64,000 nt of DNA from Carcharhinus amblyrhynchos (Eukaryota), in the NCBI GenBank assembly GCA_965287045.1, contig OZ336881.1, positions 63,736,001 to 63,800,000 of the forward strand, read 5' to 3'. A model generated the notes under the pieces. That model was not told where the DNA came from and ran no database searches. It saw only the letters and a program-made list of their open reading frames with translations. Every line of letters begins with the position of its first letter. Positions within the stretch are counted from its first letter, which is position 1. Of this stretch, positions 1-15,599 are shown piece after piece. The position numbers were made by a program, and so were the translations under genes.

Positions 1-2217
1 CAAGAACTCACACTGAGCTCACTCACACTAAGCTCACTCACAATCACTCACAATGTGCTCACTGACAATCACTCACATTTAACTCACACTGAGCTCACTA
101 ACACTCGTGCACACTAAACTCACTCACACTCACTCACAGTGAGCTCACTCACATTCGCATTCACTCACATGGAGCTCACTCACACTCACACTGAGCTCAC
201 TCACACTGAGCTCATTCACACTGAGCTCATTCACACTGAGCTCATTCACACTGAGCTCACTCACACTCACACTGAGCTCACTCACACTGAGCTCACTCAC
301 ACTGAGCTCACTCACACTCACACTGAGCTCACTCACACTTACTCACACTGAGCTCGTGCACAATCACACTGAGCTCGCTCACACTTACACTGAGCTCATT
401 CACACACACTGAGCTCATGCACAATCACACTGAGTTCACTCACACTGAGCTCAGTCAGACTGAGCTCACTCAGACTGAGCTCACTCACACTCACTCACAC
501 TGAGTTTACTCACACTGAGCTCACTCGCACTCACTCACACTGAGCTCAGTCGCACTCACTCACACTGAGCTCACTCACACTCACAGTGAGCTCACATTCT
601 CACTCACACTCACACTAAACTCACACACTCACACTGAGCTCACTTACACGCATTCACACTGCGCTCACTCAAACACAGTCACACTGAGCTTACTCAGACT
701 CACTCACACGGAGCTCACTCACACTCATTCACACTGAGCTCAATCACACTCACTCACACTGGGCTCATTCACACTCACTCTCACTGAGCTCATTCACACT
801 CACTGAGCTCACTCACACTTACTCACTCACACTGAGCTCACTCACACTCACTCACACAGCTCACTCACACAGCTCACTCACACAGCTCACTCACACTGAG
901 CTCCCTTGCACTCACACTGAGCTCCCTCGCACTCACACTGAGCTCCCTCGCACTCACACTGAGCTCCCTCGCACTCACACTGAGCTCACTCGCACTCACA
1001 CTGAGCTCACTCGCACTCACACTGAGCTCACTCGCACTCACTCACACTGAGCTCACTTACACTCACACTGAGCTCACTCACACTGAGCTCACTCACACTG
1101 AGCTCACTCACACTCACACTGAGCGCACTCACACTCACTCACACTGAGCTCCCTCACACTCACACTGAGCTCACTCACACTGAGCGCACTCACACTCACT
1201 CACACTCACTCACACTGAGCGCACTCACACTCACTCACACTGAGCTCACTCACACTCACTCACACTGAGCTCACTCACACACACTCTCACTGAGCTCATT
1301 CACACTCAAACTGAGTTCACTCACACTGAATGCACTCGCACTCACTCACACTGAGCTCACTCACACTCACACTGAGCTCACTCACACTCATTCACACAGA
1401 ACTCACTCACGCTCACTCACATTGAGCTCACTCACACTCACTCTCACTGAGCTCATTCACACTCACACTGGGCTCACTCACACTGAGCTCATGCACAATC
1501 ACACTGAGTTCACTTACACTCACACACACTGAACTCACTCACACTGAGCTCACTCACCCTGAGCTCACTCACCCTGAGCTCACTCACTCACTCATACTGA
1601 GCTCACTCACTCATACTGAGCTTACTCATTCACTCACACTGAGCTCACTCACACTGAGTCACTCACACTCATTCACACTGAGTCCACTCACGCTCACACT
1701 GAGCTCACTCACACTCACTCACACTGAGCTCACTCACACTGAGCTCACTCACACTCACTCACACTGAGCTCACTCATACTCACTCACACTGAGCTCACTC
1801 ACACTCACTCACACTGAGCTCACTCATACTCACTCACACTGAGCTCACTCACACTCACTCACACTGAGCTCACTCACACTCACTTACACTGAGCTCACTC
1901 ACACTCACTCACACTGAGCTCACTCACACTCACTTACACTGAGCTCACTCGCACTGAGCTCACTCACACTCACACTGAGCTCACTCACATTCACTCACAC
2001 TGAGTTCACTCATGCTCACTCATGCTCACACTGAGCTCACTCACACTCACTCACACTGAGCTCACTCACACACTGAGCCTACACACACACATACTGAGCT
2101 CACTAACACACACTGAACTCACTCACACTGAGCTCACTCACTCACACTCACACTGAGCTCACTCACACTGAGCTCACTCACACTCACACTGAGCTCACTC
2201 ACACTCACTCACACTGA
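1..2217. repeat. Degenerate tandem satellite built from CACT/CA units and CACTGAGCT(CACT) units
   Basis: Continuous repetition of CACACTGAGCTCACT variants, each with a palindromic TGAGCTCA core. The ORFs at 139-351 are translations of the repeat. The array starts before the window. Confidence 0.95.
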
Positions 2218-2394
2218 GGCCAGGTCATTGAGTGTCTTTAAGATGGAGAAAGATAAATTCTTGATTAATAAGTGGATCAGAGGTTATGGGGAAAAGGCAG
2301 GAGAATGGGGATGAGAAAAATATCAGCCCTGATTGAATGGCAGAGCAGACTCGAAAGGCCAAGTGGCCTTATTCTGCTCCTATGTCTTATGGTC
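2218..2394 (+). mobile_element. CR1-type LINE 3' end fragment inserted in the satellite
   Basis: GGGTTATGGGGAAAAGGCAGGAGAATGG...ATCAGCC...GATTGAATGGCAGAGCAGACTCGAAAGGCC...CTGCTCCTATGTCTTATGGTCTT matches the CR1 3' UTR seen at 56890-57025 and 58490-58622. Confidence 0.85.
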
Positions 2395-2497
2395 TTTTCT
2401 TCTCTATGAACGGTATGCTTTGTCTGTGTATTGCGCAAGAAACAATACTTTTCACTGCAAATGAATACGTGTGACAATAATAAATCAAATCAAATCA
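2395..2497 (+). mobile_element. Rex1/Babar-like LINE 3' tail with (AAATC)n end
   Basis: Reverse complement of the 3' end of the RT-bearing element at 44515-44610 (CTCTATGAA..GTATGCTTTGT...AAGAAACAATACTTTTCACTG...GTGACAATAATAAATCAAATCAAATC). Confidence 0.8.
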
Positions 2498-2985
2498 CAC
2501 TCACACTTAGCTCAGTCATGTGCACACTCAGATTGAGCTTACAAACTGACTCACAGTAGCTCACTCACACTCATAGTTGCACTGAGTCCACACATTCACA
2601 CTCACTGTGCTCATTCACTCAGTGAGCTCACACACTCACTCATACTGTTCTCCCTCTGACCAAAAGTTACACTGAGATCACTTTCACTCACAATCACTGA
2701 ACTCACATTCATTTACTCTGTGTTCACTCCCACTCACTCTTACTGAGCTCCCTCACACTCACATTGAACTCATTCACAACTAACTCACAGGGTGCTCCCT
2801 CTCATACAAAAGTGACACTGAGCTCACTCATACTCACACTCAGTGTGCTCACTCCACTCACTCACTTAGCTCCCTTGTGCTCACACTGAGCTCACTCACA
2901 CTGAGCTCCCTCACACTCACACTGAGCCTCCTCACATTCACCCTGAGCTTCCTCACACTCATACAGAGCTCCCTCACACTCTATT
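2498..2985. repeat. Older, more degenerate continuation of the CACTGAGCT satellite
   Basis: Same motif with many substitutions. Confidence 0.85.
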
Positions 2986-3000
2986 TCATAGCTTATTTTT

Positions 3001-3065
3001 AGAATTATTTATGTCACAAGTAGGCTTACATTCACAATGCAGTGAAGGTATTGTGAAAATCCTAT
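3001..3065 (-). mobile_element. Short retroposon 3' tail fragment (same family as 40011-40110)
   Basis: GTCACAAGTAGGCTTACATT..CAATGCA.TGAAG is the reverse complement of CTTCATTGCAGTGTTAATGTAAGCCT.CTTGTGAC at ~40057-40091. Confidence 0.65.
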
Positions 3066-3609
3066 AGCTTATTGCACTTAGCTGTCAGAATTACATTTAC
3101 ACTGTAATAATTCCCATACATTCCCATTCCCATTCAGATCATTCATTTCCATTCACAATGATCACATCTTCAGTCACACACCCTTAACATGATACCATTC
3201 ACCCAAATTCTCCTGCACTGATTTATTTTGTTGTAGACTCATACTCAACTGAGCTGGATCATATCAATTTTGACTACATTCATTTACTCTGAATTACACT
3301 TCAATTTGCATCCAGTTACTGCAACACTGGATTTATGTTACACATCAATACTTTGAGTTTACCAAGGCATATTCTGCTGATTTGCACTCACTGCTACAAT
3401 AACACAAATGCAATTATTCTTCTCTTATCTTTGCTGATTATCTTGACCAATACACACCGATGGTCACAAGTACACCGTGTTAGTTCGCACAATGTTATCA
3501 CTGCATGGATGTGTCACATGCTTTCACTGTTAAAACCAAGTTTGTTGACACATGCTTAACATTAGTACAACGCCAGTGAAGGTGGCAGTGTAAATGGAGC
3601 TATGTGGGA

Positions 3610-3785
3610 CATAAGGAATTCACTCCCAGGGTTAGTGGTTGAGACAAAATTGGATTGGTTATCGAATGAATAGTTGGTAGGGGGAAACGGAAGAGGACAG
3701 ATGAATGTACTTGGAAATACTTGCACGCTGCCGCTGACTGATTAGAGTGAATGGCTGATTCCATGTTGCAACTTCCTTGAATCGT
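3610..3785 (+). mobile_element. Highly decayed CR1-like 3' remnant
   Basis: GGAATTCACTCCCAGGG..GTGGTTGAG...TTGGAT...GAATGGC resembles the CR1 3' region of younger copies in the window. Confidence 0.4.
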
Positions 3786-5367
3786 GAGTCCACTTGAGCA
3801 GCCAAAGTGAACTGATACTCTCTGGAGGAGGCTTCGCCGTCAGTTCCGGAGCTAGTTTGTGCCTTTTCCCGGATTAGTTTCGCTGCGATGTGAAGCCGAA
3901 ACTACTTTGCGGGCGAAATGCTAAACTTGTTAAGATGCACAATGACACAGAGAAATGTGAACCGAGCTGCAGATTTTTCACAGGTTACAATCAGCTCACT
4001 GACAGTGACATGGATCCCCCCTCTCACAACCTCTCACTTGAGAGCTGATGGCTTGAGTCAATGAGATGGAAAGAGGCCCACAGACTCCAGGCAGCCGCAG
4101 TGCCCGAGACCCTCACATGAGCAAGATTAGCGGCAGATAGGGTACCAGGATATTCTTTATTCACACAGACCAACCGGATCCAGAACAGCCGGGTCAGTAA
4201 CAAGGGTCATCAAAGTGGGAAACGATAAAGGACAAATATTGTTGCTTAGTGAGATTACAGTTGTATCAACATGGGGAAAGGTTGGGGGACGTGGTGCTTT
4301 CTCCTGATTTCTCAAGCTACTGAACAGCCCACCCCAAAAATCTTGCCGAGTTGGGCAGCGTGGTCACTGGGGATATGCGGCAGAGCAACTCTCCACGTTT
4401 AATAGAACAAGTAGGAATGGACCAGAGAAAGAGCGAGGGGACTTCTAAAGGGTGATGTCCGAAAAGGAACCGGATTCGCAGCCGCAGGCAGACAACACGC
4501 CCAGAAACACATTTCTCCCATGCACTGAACATCGCCCACAAAAACCGGTCAGGCTCCAGAATCATAAAGTACACCTGTATTGCTGCCGGAAGCATTCATC
4601 GTCTTACATTTTGCACACGCACCCTAACAGAAAATCAGTGTTACACAAAACTGGCAGTTGCCCAGTAAATGGGTACTTGTTTTCTGGATAAATGAGTTGT
4701 TGCACACGCTACACAAATCATTCTCCCAGACAAGTGGGGTCAGAGGCATGCCTTCCAGTTAAGTGATTAATCAGGTAGAGACATGCGGTGGTCGGATTGT
4801 GAGAATCATGCAGGCGGATATTACAATATCTACTTAAGCATAAGCCGTTGAATTATAAATTCGCATTGCATTAAAGAAGGCCAATCGGCCCACCTATCTC
4901 TGCCAGCTCTTAAAAGACCTATTGACTAATTCTCCTCACCTGTTCTTTTTCCAAAAGCTTTCGCATCGTTGTCCTCGGTAAAGACAAATAAAGAACCTAG
5001 ATTGGTCCGTTCAGCGCACTCTGGTACATCCAGAAACAAAGGTGTGGAGTTACAACTCGAACACACGCATCTCTACACTTACACACTTAGACACAGCGCA
5101 CACATACTCACACATTCACACTCACCTGCAGGCGAATCTCCAGGCAGCTGATCTCACAGCAGTGAATGAGGTAGAAATATTTAGTTTGCAAATAACAGGA
5201 AATAGGAGGAGAAGTGCAATAGTTAGAAATTCGCACGATGAACCTTCGCGATTGTTTTGTCGAATCAACTGTATAAAAAAGAAAAAAGTAGTGGCCTGGC
5301 CTAACCGCCTTTATCCATAGGACGGGAAGTTCGTGAACTGTAAGTTTTCACACATCCTTCTGTATTC

Positions 5368-5620
5368 CCACGCACACATACAGACACACATACACGAATA
5401 TGCACGTACATATGCAGACACACATGCACTTTCACACCCATACACATACACTTACACACACTTATACATACAAGCACGCATACACACACTTATACACACA
5501 TACACATTTACATACCCACATATTAACACACATACATACACACATTAATATACATGCCTACACATACATATACACACACTTATACGCACACATATACATA
5601 CACACACGCATACAAACACA
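5368..5620. repeat. Imperfect (CA/TA)n microsatellite
   Basis: Alternating purine-pyrimidine CACATACA repeats; the His/Thr-rich ORFs are artefacts. Confidence 0.9.
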
Positions 5621-6879
5621 GGCAGTTGATTAATAGATAGAGCAAATGAATTAGAAACAGTGGAGTGGATATCACGAAATAATTCATTCTTTATAGAACA
5701 CACATTTGGAGCCTGTTTAGAGACATTACTAATGCAAATAATGCAACTAACAAGTTAAATGACTAATAAGTGGGGGGGGGGGGTGGCGGGATTAAACTTG
5801 TGGAGCGAAGGAGGCAAATTGAAGAGGTTGTCCATAGACTCAACAGCGAAAGCACATAAATTGTCCAGACCTGTATATAGAAACATCCAGACATTTAATA
5901 GACGTACACATTGTTGACAATCACAAGTGACTTTCCAAAAGTATGTACCATTTCAATAATGCTAAGGACATGTATGCATGACACAATATGTAGCTAACTA
6001 TCCACGTTATTATCCAGTAATGCATGTTTCTATTTACATATCCCAGTTTATATCGAAATGGCATTCAGCTAATGTGTCCCTTAGACCTGCCTAAATAGGT
6101 ACTATTTCAAAACACGACTACATAAAATGGAACTATTAGAGCCCTGAACCCAATGCACTGGCAGCGTAAGTGCTGAAATGTGCTGTAATGTTTCACACTT
6201 CAATTTGTTGATGTATTATGCATCATCTACCATGACTTCTGCAATATGGGCTCGGTCGTCACTGTACAGGCAGCTTCCTGATCCCGTTTGAAAACTAAAT
6301 TAAGTATCCAACTGATATGGACTTGCCCTTCCAGTAAAGTGAAACGCGTAAGCAACTAGAACGATTTAATGATTATTCGGCCGTAACTTCACAATCAGGC
6401 CAAGGGCTCCTTCTTGTCACATTTTGGACAACTGTCCCCACATAGTTAAAACTAATCTCGGGGAAACCGTAAATGGATCGATATATAATAGTTTCAACAC
6501 ACATTTACATTAACGTGCTGACTGTATATCAAATAAAACATTAATTAATTATTTCTTAATAATAAATTCCATCAGGTTTAGGAAACATTCGTAGTACACT
6601 TTTCAGTTGGCAATGACTGGAGCCAAGTTTAAATTATGGGACATTCACTTTTATCTCTATATTAAGGCACTAAGCACACGCGGTTCACACCCATGCTATG
6701 TAACTAAACACAAACAAAATCACATGGGGAATTTCAACAAGCAAAGAATTTATGATATTTGAAAATGTAGATATACGCATTTAAAGAAAACTACATCGGT
6801 GGAAGTCCCATTTAATTGCGTACTCCTTCAGTTTAATTTGCTATCTTTGAGTTAATTACTATTTATGAAATTGAAATTA

Positions 6880-7150
6880 AAAATGGATAAATGGCATGCG
6901 TCCCTTTTAATTATTTTACTGCCAGGGCCGAAAGCTAATGTGTGTGTGTATGTATGTGATTCGCCTAAGATTACTATCAGCAGCCGAAGCTACAAGCAGC
7001 TAATCAAAACAATCAGGAAACTTGGCAATTAATGATGAACGAATGTACTAATCATTATATCATCCTGCTGAGAATGTCAATGTAATGATGATGATATATC
7101 GGTTATGACGGTAAATACGAACCTGACAGCAACATTTTACAGCCACCGCT
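6880..7150. promoter_or_regulatory. Candidate conserved enhancer 3' of six3
   Basis: Unique AT-rich sequence with clustered TAAT/ATTA homeodomain cores, an AACAAT Sox motif and TGTCA. Conservation not verified. Confidence 0.35.
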
Positions 7151-9399
7151 TGGATATGGTCCAATATTCGCAAACTAATCTTCAATTACATACAAAGCGA
7201 AGTGACTGAAAAGAGAAAAACGGCCTTGCCTTTGAGGAACAGAAATATGAATCCCACAGTTTAAACTGCCATCTACAAAGGCGGGTTTAATTCCACCTAA
7301 TCCACAGAGAGAATGGGAATTTTTTAAAAAAAAACGTTCTGAGAATGCCTCGAAACAGAACGAATATTCTGTCAATTTTCTTCCCTTAAATGAAGATAAA
7401 TTAATTAATCTGTTGTTGTGGCCTTTGCCTGTCTGGGGTTCCCATTCATCCCGGAGAGGTCACGATCCCATCTGCCTATGACAACAAATCAAAGTTCAAA
7501 TGGGCGGCTTATGTGGCAGTTGATCCTGTATCATAGTCTTTCGTGATCCTTCAATTACTATTTAATAGAATTACAGTTTTAAATCCAAATAGTCTTAAAG
7601 AATGTTTTTTCTCTATTATCAGGAAACAGTGAACGAGTAACAAGTACCGAATGCACCGTGTAGTGCACTGCGGGGAATTATCTATTGACAGATCACACAG
7701 CTCCTGATGTCCAGTGCTCCAATTTACCACCACATGTTCTACGCTATATTAATTATTTACATTTAAATCCTCGCAAACTTTCTAAATACCCTAGTCGTTT
7801 CTTAAAGACGGATAATCATTTGAAATAGACATCCCTGAGATTTGCACAGAACGGGTGCAAAAGCCGGGAAGCACAGAAAAACATTCCCGAATTCCTCAAA
7901 TATGATTCTATGTCCTCCAAATTCCTGTATTATCACTCAGAGAGGCGCGCTGTCTGAGAAATGTAACACGTTTCTATAATGTATAACAATTAGCCAAGGA
8001 GAGGGCGGGGTGAGAGTTGGGGGGGGGGAGGCGGGGGAGTGCGGGTAGCAGGGGCCCTAGGAAAGAGTTGGATACCACTGTAACATTATGGAAGTTTAAG
8101 TGCACAGCCGCGTGCGTCCTACGTGCAAAGCAAGAAGAGACATCGCTTTTAACAAATTGAAGTTCATTTTCTGACATCATATCGCATTCCATTACACAGT
8201 GTTTTCATTTTATTCAATAGGTGATATGGGGAAAGGTGCGGGGCCCTGATTTATCGTGACATTTTATTGTAACATTATAATACAGTACCGGCATTTGAAA
8301 TGAAAACAGCTGTGAGCCCAAAGCCCCTGTGATGCAATGTAAATAGTAGATAAGATGGACAAATATCACCAGTTATTGTGTATTCCAAGCTGCATTTCAA
8401 GTTATATTAAATACTGTGTGCTATGGTGTTTTGTTTTTAAATGGAGCAAATAAAACGAATGCAAAATCACTGACAAATCACTTTCTCAGTTATTGAAGGG
8501 GGTTCCATTTTCCACACTTGAATTATTTAATGTGAAGAACGCGCACTTCAGTGAAGAAAATACCAGAATATGTAGATTTCTTGCCGAGGCAGCAGATAGG
8601 TGAGCAGCTTCCGTGGTGCCTTCTCATCCTCCCCTTCTTGCATCCTTCCTTTCTTAATAGCTGAGCGGTGTTAGCTTTCCTTCCTGCTCTCGCCACTAGC
8701 ATATATCAAAGTAAACAAAACGATCTCATCAATGTACACTTTCACTGCGACATTCCTTCATTAATTATTATTCATAAATATAGAAAAAATGGTTGTAAGG
8801 TAAACATTACACTAGAATGGGGGGGGGGGGTGGGTGAAGGTTGAGGCATTGTTTCAGAACAAGATTGAGGTATTGTTTCAGAGCAACCTGAATCCTACCT
8901 TCAGGATTCTCCCGGTTTTGCGAGGTTGGAATGTCTCAGACCGCTTTTCCCTTCCCGAATTCAGTGCGAGTACAGCACGGCACTGGTAAAGGAACTGCAT
9001 GAATACACACCAATGAAAAAAAAACTTCTGCTCTGCTAACCCGCCAAATTAGTGCAAGATCAGAATAAGCCACGTCCATAGCACAACTATTTTTTATCCC
9101 CCCTCCCTCCCCCGGCCCACTATTGTCTGTCTGAATTCAAAGTGAATTAATTTCAGTAAATAAATAAATGAATCTGCCATTCATTGATGTGATCATGGAG
9201 ACCATTAGTTCCTGAAAAGCCAAATAATGTGTGTGCATATATCCGCTTGACATTAATTATGCTTCTGTGCTGCCCTGTGTGTGTTTTGTGTGTTACTTGT
9301 AAACCAGAAGTGGAGACGTTGCCAACATATCCAGAGAAAAACTCTGTCTCATCCACATACAGAATGTCCACCTTGCAATCTTTTTGATACATCATTTTA

Positions 9400-9760
9400 A
9401 TAGCATATCATATTTAACGATTTCATGGTCCAAACCATGTACTTGGATACAGATAGATAGCAGCTGTAATGCCCTGACTGTGCTTCTTGTGTGATTTGGT
9501 GCATTTGGCATATTAGCACCCGAGTGGAATATCAAAGTCAAATACAGCCCATGCCATCTGTTTGACTTGTATCTCACGCCGAAGGCTTGAGCATTGATGA
9601 ATAAATGCTCATCGGCTTTAGATTAATTTCACCTTAATCAACAGCTAGGCTTGTCATGGATAATAAACTAATGGAGGTCTGAAGAAGACCCATCGATAAT
9701 AATCGGCAGTGGCGAACCAGAGGTAAGCTGCCCTGGCTTTTTGCTTGTGATAGGCCATAT
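9400..9760. promoter_or_regulatory. Candidate conserved non-coding element 3' of six3
   Basis: Non-repetitive block with ATCAAAG (TCF/LEF), CATCTG E-box, GATTAAT and TAATC sites, plus an internal hairpin at 9578-9616. Confidence 0.4.
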
Positions 9761-10789
9761 CTTTCTGGGGCAGGAGGATTTACTGACTCAGAAAGCTTCA
9801 ATTCAGATTTTCATAGATTTGCCTCTCAATCCACTACCCAAGAACAAAACACTTCCTAAATCAGTAGTTTTCATCTATCAAAATCCCAATTTCTGAAATA
9901 AAGCGTCCTAAAATTCCTATTGAATTTTTTTTGCAAAAGGCATATATTGCCAGCGCTGCTGCCACTTTAAAGCTACAGACCATTATTTCAAGGAGATTTC
10001 ACTAATAAGTGCATGTTATCTCTCCTTGCCTGACACGATTTGTTCTGGCAGCTGAGCTCAGTCTCACTCTTTGAAAGTAACACGCCGAGAGAGCGCATGC
10101 TCACCACCACTCCGCGGAGCCCCCATTGCCTCTTCCTTCCTGCAGCCAGCAGCTCCAGCAACTTTCCACTTCCGCATTTCACTCTTCCAATCTCTCAATC
10201 TTTCTGCGGCGTTGGTGCAGTGCAGAAAATTCGGACATTGCTGGATGTGGGTGGGGTGCAATGCTTTCAGTGCAAACACAGAAACTGCTTCAGTTAAATT
10301 TGAATCGGCCGAAAGGCGCGCCTCCATGTAGATTTCTAAGTGGCATTTCATCATGGATGGTGTTCACATCTGCACAATTCCGAGCAACAATACTTGGCAA
10401 ACCAAGTGTTATCGCAGCGCGACAGCGGTGGGAACACCATCGAAGGAATGCAGCTATTTCTACTCCCATATAGACAATAGCTTAGAACTGTCCCAATGTA
10501 CTTGACTCGATTGACTTAGAGATTACCCAAACACTTTTCGTCAACTGCAACTCATGAGTAATTACGCCGGGTTTTGTTCGCAACAAAATTGCGAAAAAAA
10601 ATAGGTGATTGGAAGCCCCCAAACTTTAAAACGCACACGTAATGTAGCGTTTCAGTGTTTTACTCTAAACAAAATCGTGGTTTCACTCGTTAGCTGCTTT
10701 GCCACTCGGTTGGGAGGTTTTCAATAGAAAATTCGGGAGAAATGGAAATACGCCGTGGAAAGATTTTCTCACTCTGAACAAAAGCAACA

Positions 10790-10980
10790 GTTCAAAAAGA
10801 TTCAATATCACCAGGCAGCGCCGAGCACAACACATCGCTGCCAAGGCTGGCGTGAAGGCATTAACTTTACTTGGGGGAAAAAAAAACAACCGCTTTTTCA
10901 AAGCTAATGGCTCTTGTTTCCTGTCGCGATTATAATAGCAAAGATACATGGTTAATTGCTGTTATCAAAACACGGGGAAA
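10790..10980. promoter_or_regulatory. Candidate conserved non-coding element 3' of six3
   Basis: TTCAAAG (TCF), CTAATGG and TTAATTG motifs in unique CpG-containing sequence. Confidence 0.3.
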
Positions 10981-11929
10981 ACAAGAGTCCACTGCAGTCA
11001 TGGTTTCCGTAGCAAGAAATCACAGGGGGTCAACTCGCCACAAGTAAAGGTTCGCAGAAGTTTGAAGAGTATCTTTGTCGTAATACCTTCCTTCTAACAT
11101 AGTTTGTATGTCTGTGTTTTGGTAAGGTTTACTGACATTTTATCTGTGTATGTATCTGTGTATATAAAATATATATCTTAGCGTTTAGACCTCAAATAAA
11201 GTGGGAAAACTCCCCATCGTTTGGTGGTGCTTGCTGGTTTCTGCAGTTTCGCGCTTGCCTCTCATTTAAATTTCGTTTTAGTTGCCAGAGAACCCGTCAC
11301 GGATTTTCTCAAATCGTTATCCAAAGCACACAGGGATAGATTTCAAAAACTTCACAAGTGAAAACAAGTTCAGGGCTCAGTTCTATTTTTAATTCACGCC
11401 TGAATTAACAGCCCGGGGCAATGAACGACATTAGTGCAAAGGTGCTGGCGGTAGACTGTTAGTCATGCAAATAAAGACTTCTTTCAACACTTCACAATGA
11501 ACTTAAGATTCACGGGGAGGAGCTGTAATATGATTAACTGATTAAATGGCGAGTCCTCGTATTTACTGTTTTCATTTGCCGCCATAAATACGAGGAAGTT
11601 AGTGTCTCAAACTCAATTTCTTGTACAATTAGTCTATATCGCACCAAACATATTCCTCACAGTGTGGTTACAGTGTGAAATAATCTACTTCAGTAAAACG
11701 CAAGTCGCACTTTGTGTCTGATTATTGAAAGCCCTTTTCAAAGTGTGTGGCAGATTTGGCTAGCAGTTGCAAATAATTTCCCTTGTTTTTTTCTCAAAAT
11801 CCATAATGAAAAAATAATAGGTATTCCCGTTTTCACATGGGCATTTCCCCGCGAACACTTCGTTTTTTAGCTCCTGTGGGCAAGTATGTCACAGTAACTT
11901 TGCAGAGAAAGACACAATAAAAGCCAGCA

Positions 11930-12820
11930 GGTATAAGAAAACGGAATACTATATTTTGATTTAGAAAGGGTTTTTTTTACATATAGATAAACACACAGTT
12001 GAAGAAACAGTGACTAGTAAGCGCCCTACATAAACTCGGGAGAAATAATAGAACTTCGAACTTGCTGAAGATACTCAAAATAGCACTTTGCATAAAATTA
12101 CATCGCACTAGATTTGTCTAGTTGGATATCACCCCCACCCTCCCCACTTTCTTAAGAACCTAGTACTTTTGTCCGACGCTTGACACAATATGCAAGAACA
12201 CTGAGTCTGTGATCGAGATTGACAGAAAGAAAGAGAGGAAAAAAGAGCAATATCAGATACAGGCATTTCTACACATATATTACAAACTGGGAGAATGATC
12301 GCGTCATTAGATATACATAATTCATATAAAATTTTGAAATAAAAAATAAAAATCTGTTACAGTCATAACTATTCTTCCACATAAACCAGTACCCACACAG
12401 GCAGTAACAGAAGTGTAGAAAAAGGTGCTTACGAGAAATGATTGTCTGCAGAACAGAAAAACGATTACAGCCTGGCTTCGGGGGGGTCTGACCAACACTC
12501 GAACTACAGAGAACAACAAAGGCGACGAAGATTCTCTCAGTCCCTCTTCACTGTAATTCCTTGTAAAAAATATTAACGTAGGTTATTATTTCCCCAGATA
12601 TAAAATACATCATGCAAGTCGGGTGCCTCCATGGAAAGCGCTGAATCAGACGTGCTTGTCCTAGATTTTTTTTTGTTTCAACTGTCACTTTTTTTTCCTT
12701 CTCGAATGCGTTTTTGATTTCTCTGTTTTTTTAAAAATGTTCATTAAATGTCTTTTTTTGTTTTAAATTTCAGGTCCATATTCCTTTGTGAATGCAGTAA
12801 GAGTTTTTTTTGTGTGTGTA
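11930..12820 (-). other. six3: Probable six3 3' UTR (end uncertain)
   Basis: Directly follows the TGA stop and is A/U-rich. The end is placed near a variant AATATA signal (11950-11955) followed by U/GU-rich sequence, which is an inference. Confidence 0.5.
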
Positions 12821-13013
12821 TCATACATCACATTCACTGTCGCTAGACGTTACCGATAGGATGGACGTGGCCGTCTCGGCTCGCTCTGTCATGCTGGACA
12901 CGCTGGTAGTCGGGCTGGCGGCTGTGGACGGAGATTCCGCCGCGCTGTGAGCAGGGCAGCCCGGCTCCGATAGCGTACACACCCCGCTCTGTCCCACTGT
13001 CTGATGCTGCAGC
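12821..13013 (-). CDS. six3: SIX homeobox 3, coding exon 2 (Ser/Thr-rich C-terminus)
   Basis: Acceptor TTTGTCTCGGACAG|G, then [63 protein letters not shown]. The C-terminal [11 protein letters not shown] is diagnostic of Six3. The phase matches exon 1 (683+193=876 nt, 291 aa plus stop). Confidence 0.97.
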
Positions 13014-15512
<2,499 letters not shown>

Positions 15513-15534
15513 TCATTTAAAACAAGCACAGGCT

Positions 15535-15576
15535 CACGCACACACATACACACACGCACACATACACACACACACA
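15535..15576. repeat. (CA)n/(TG)n microsatellite in the six3 5' leader
   Basis: CACGCACACACATACACACACGCACACATACACACACACACA directly upstream of the ATG. Confidence 0.85.
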
Positions 15577-15599
15577 AAACCGGGTCAGATGCAGCCAAA

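Noticed and set aside
1-2217. Possible CRISPR-like array or coding repeat
   Set aside because: No unique spacers, a eukaryotic context and a simple slippage-type satellite.
3571-3592. CTCF-like motif CCAGTGAAGGTGGCAGTG in the presumed six3-six2 boundary interval
   Set aside because: Only the 3' half (AGGTGGCAG) fits the consensus; it cannot be supported without a PWM scan or ChIP.
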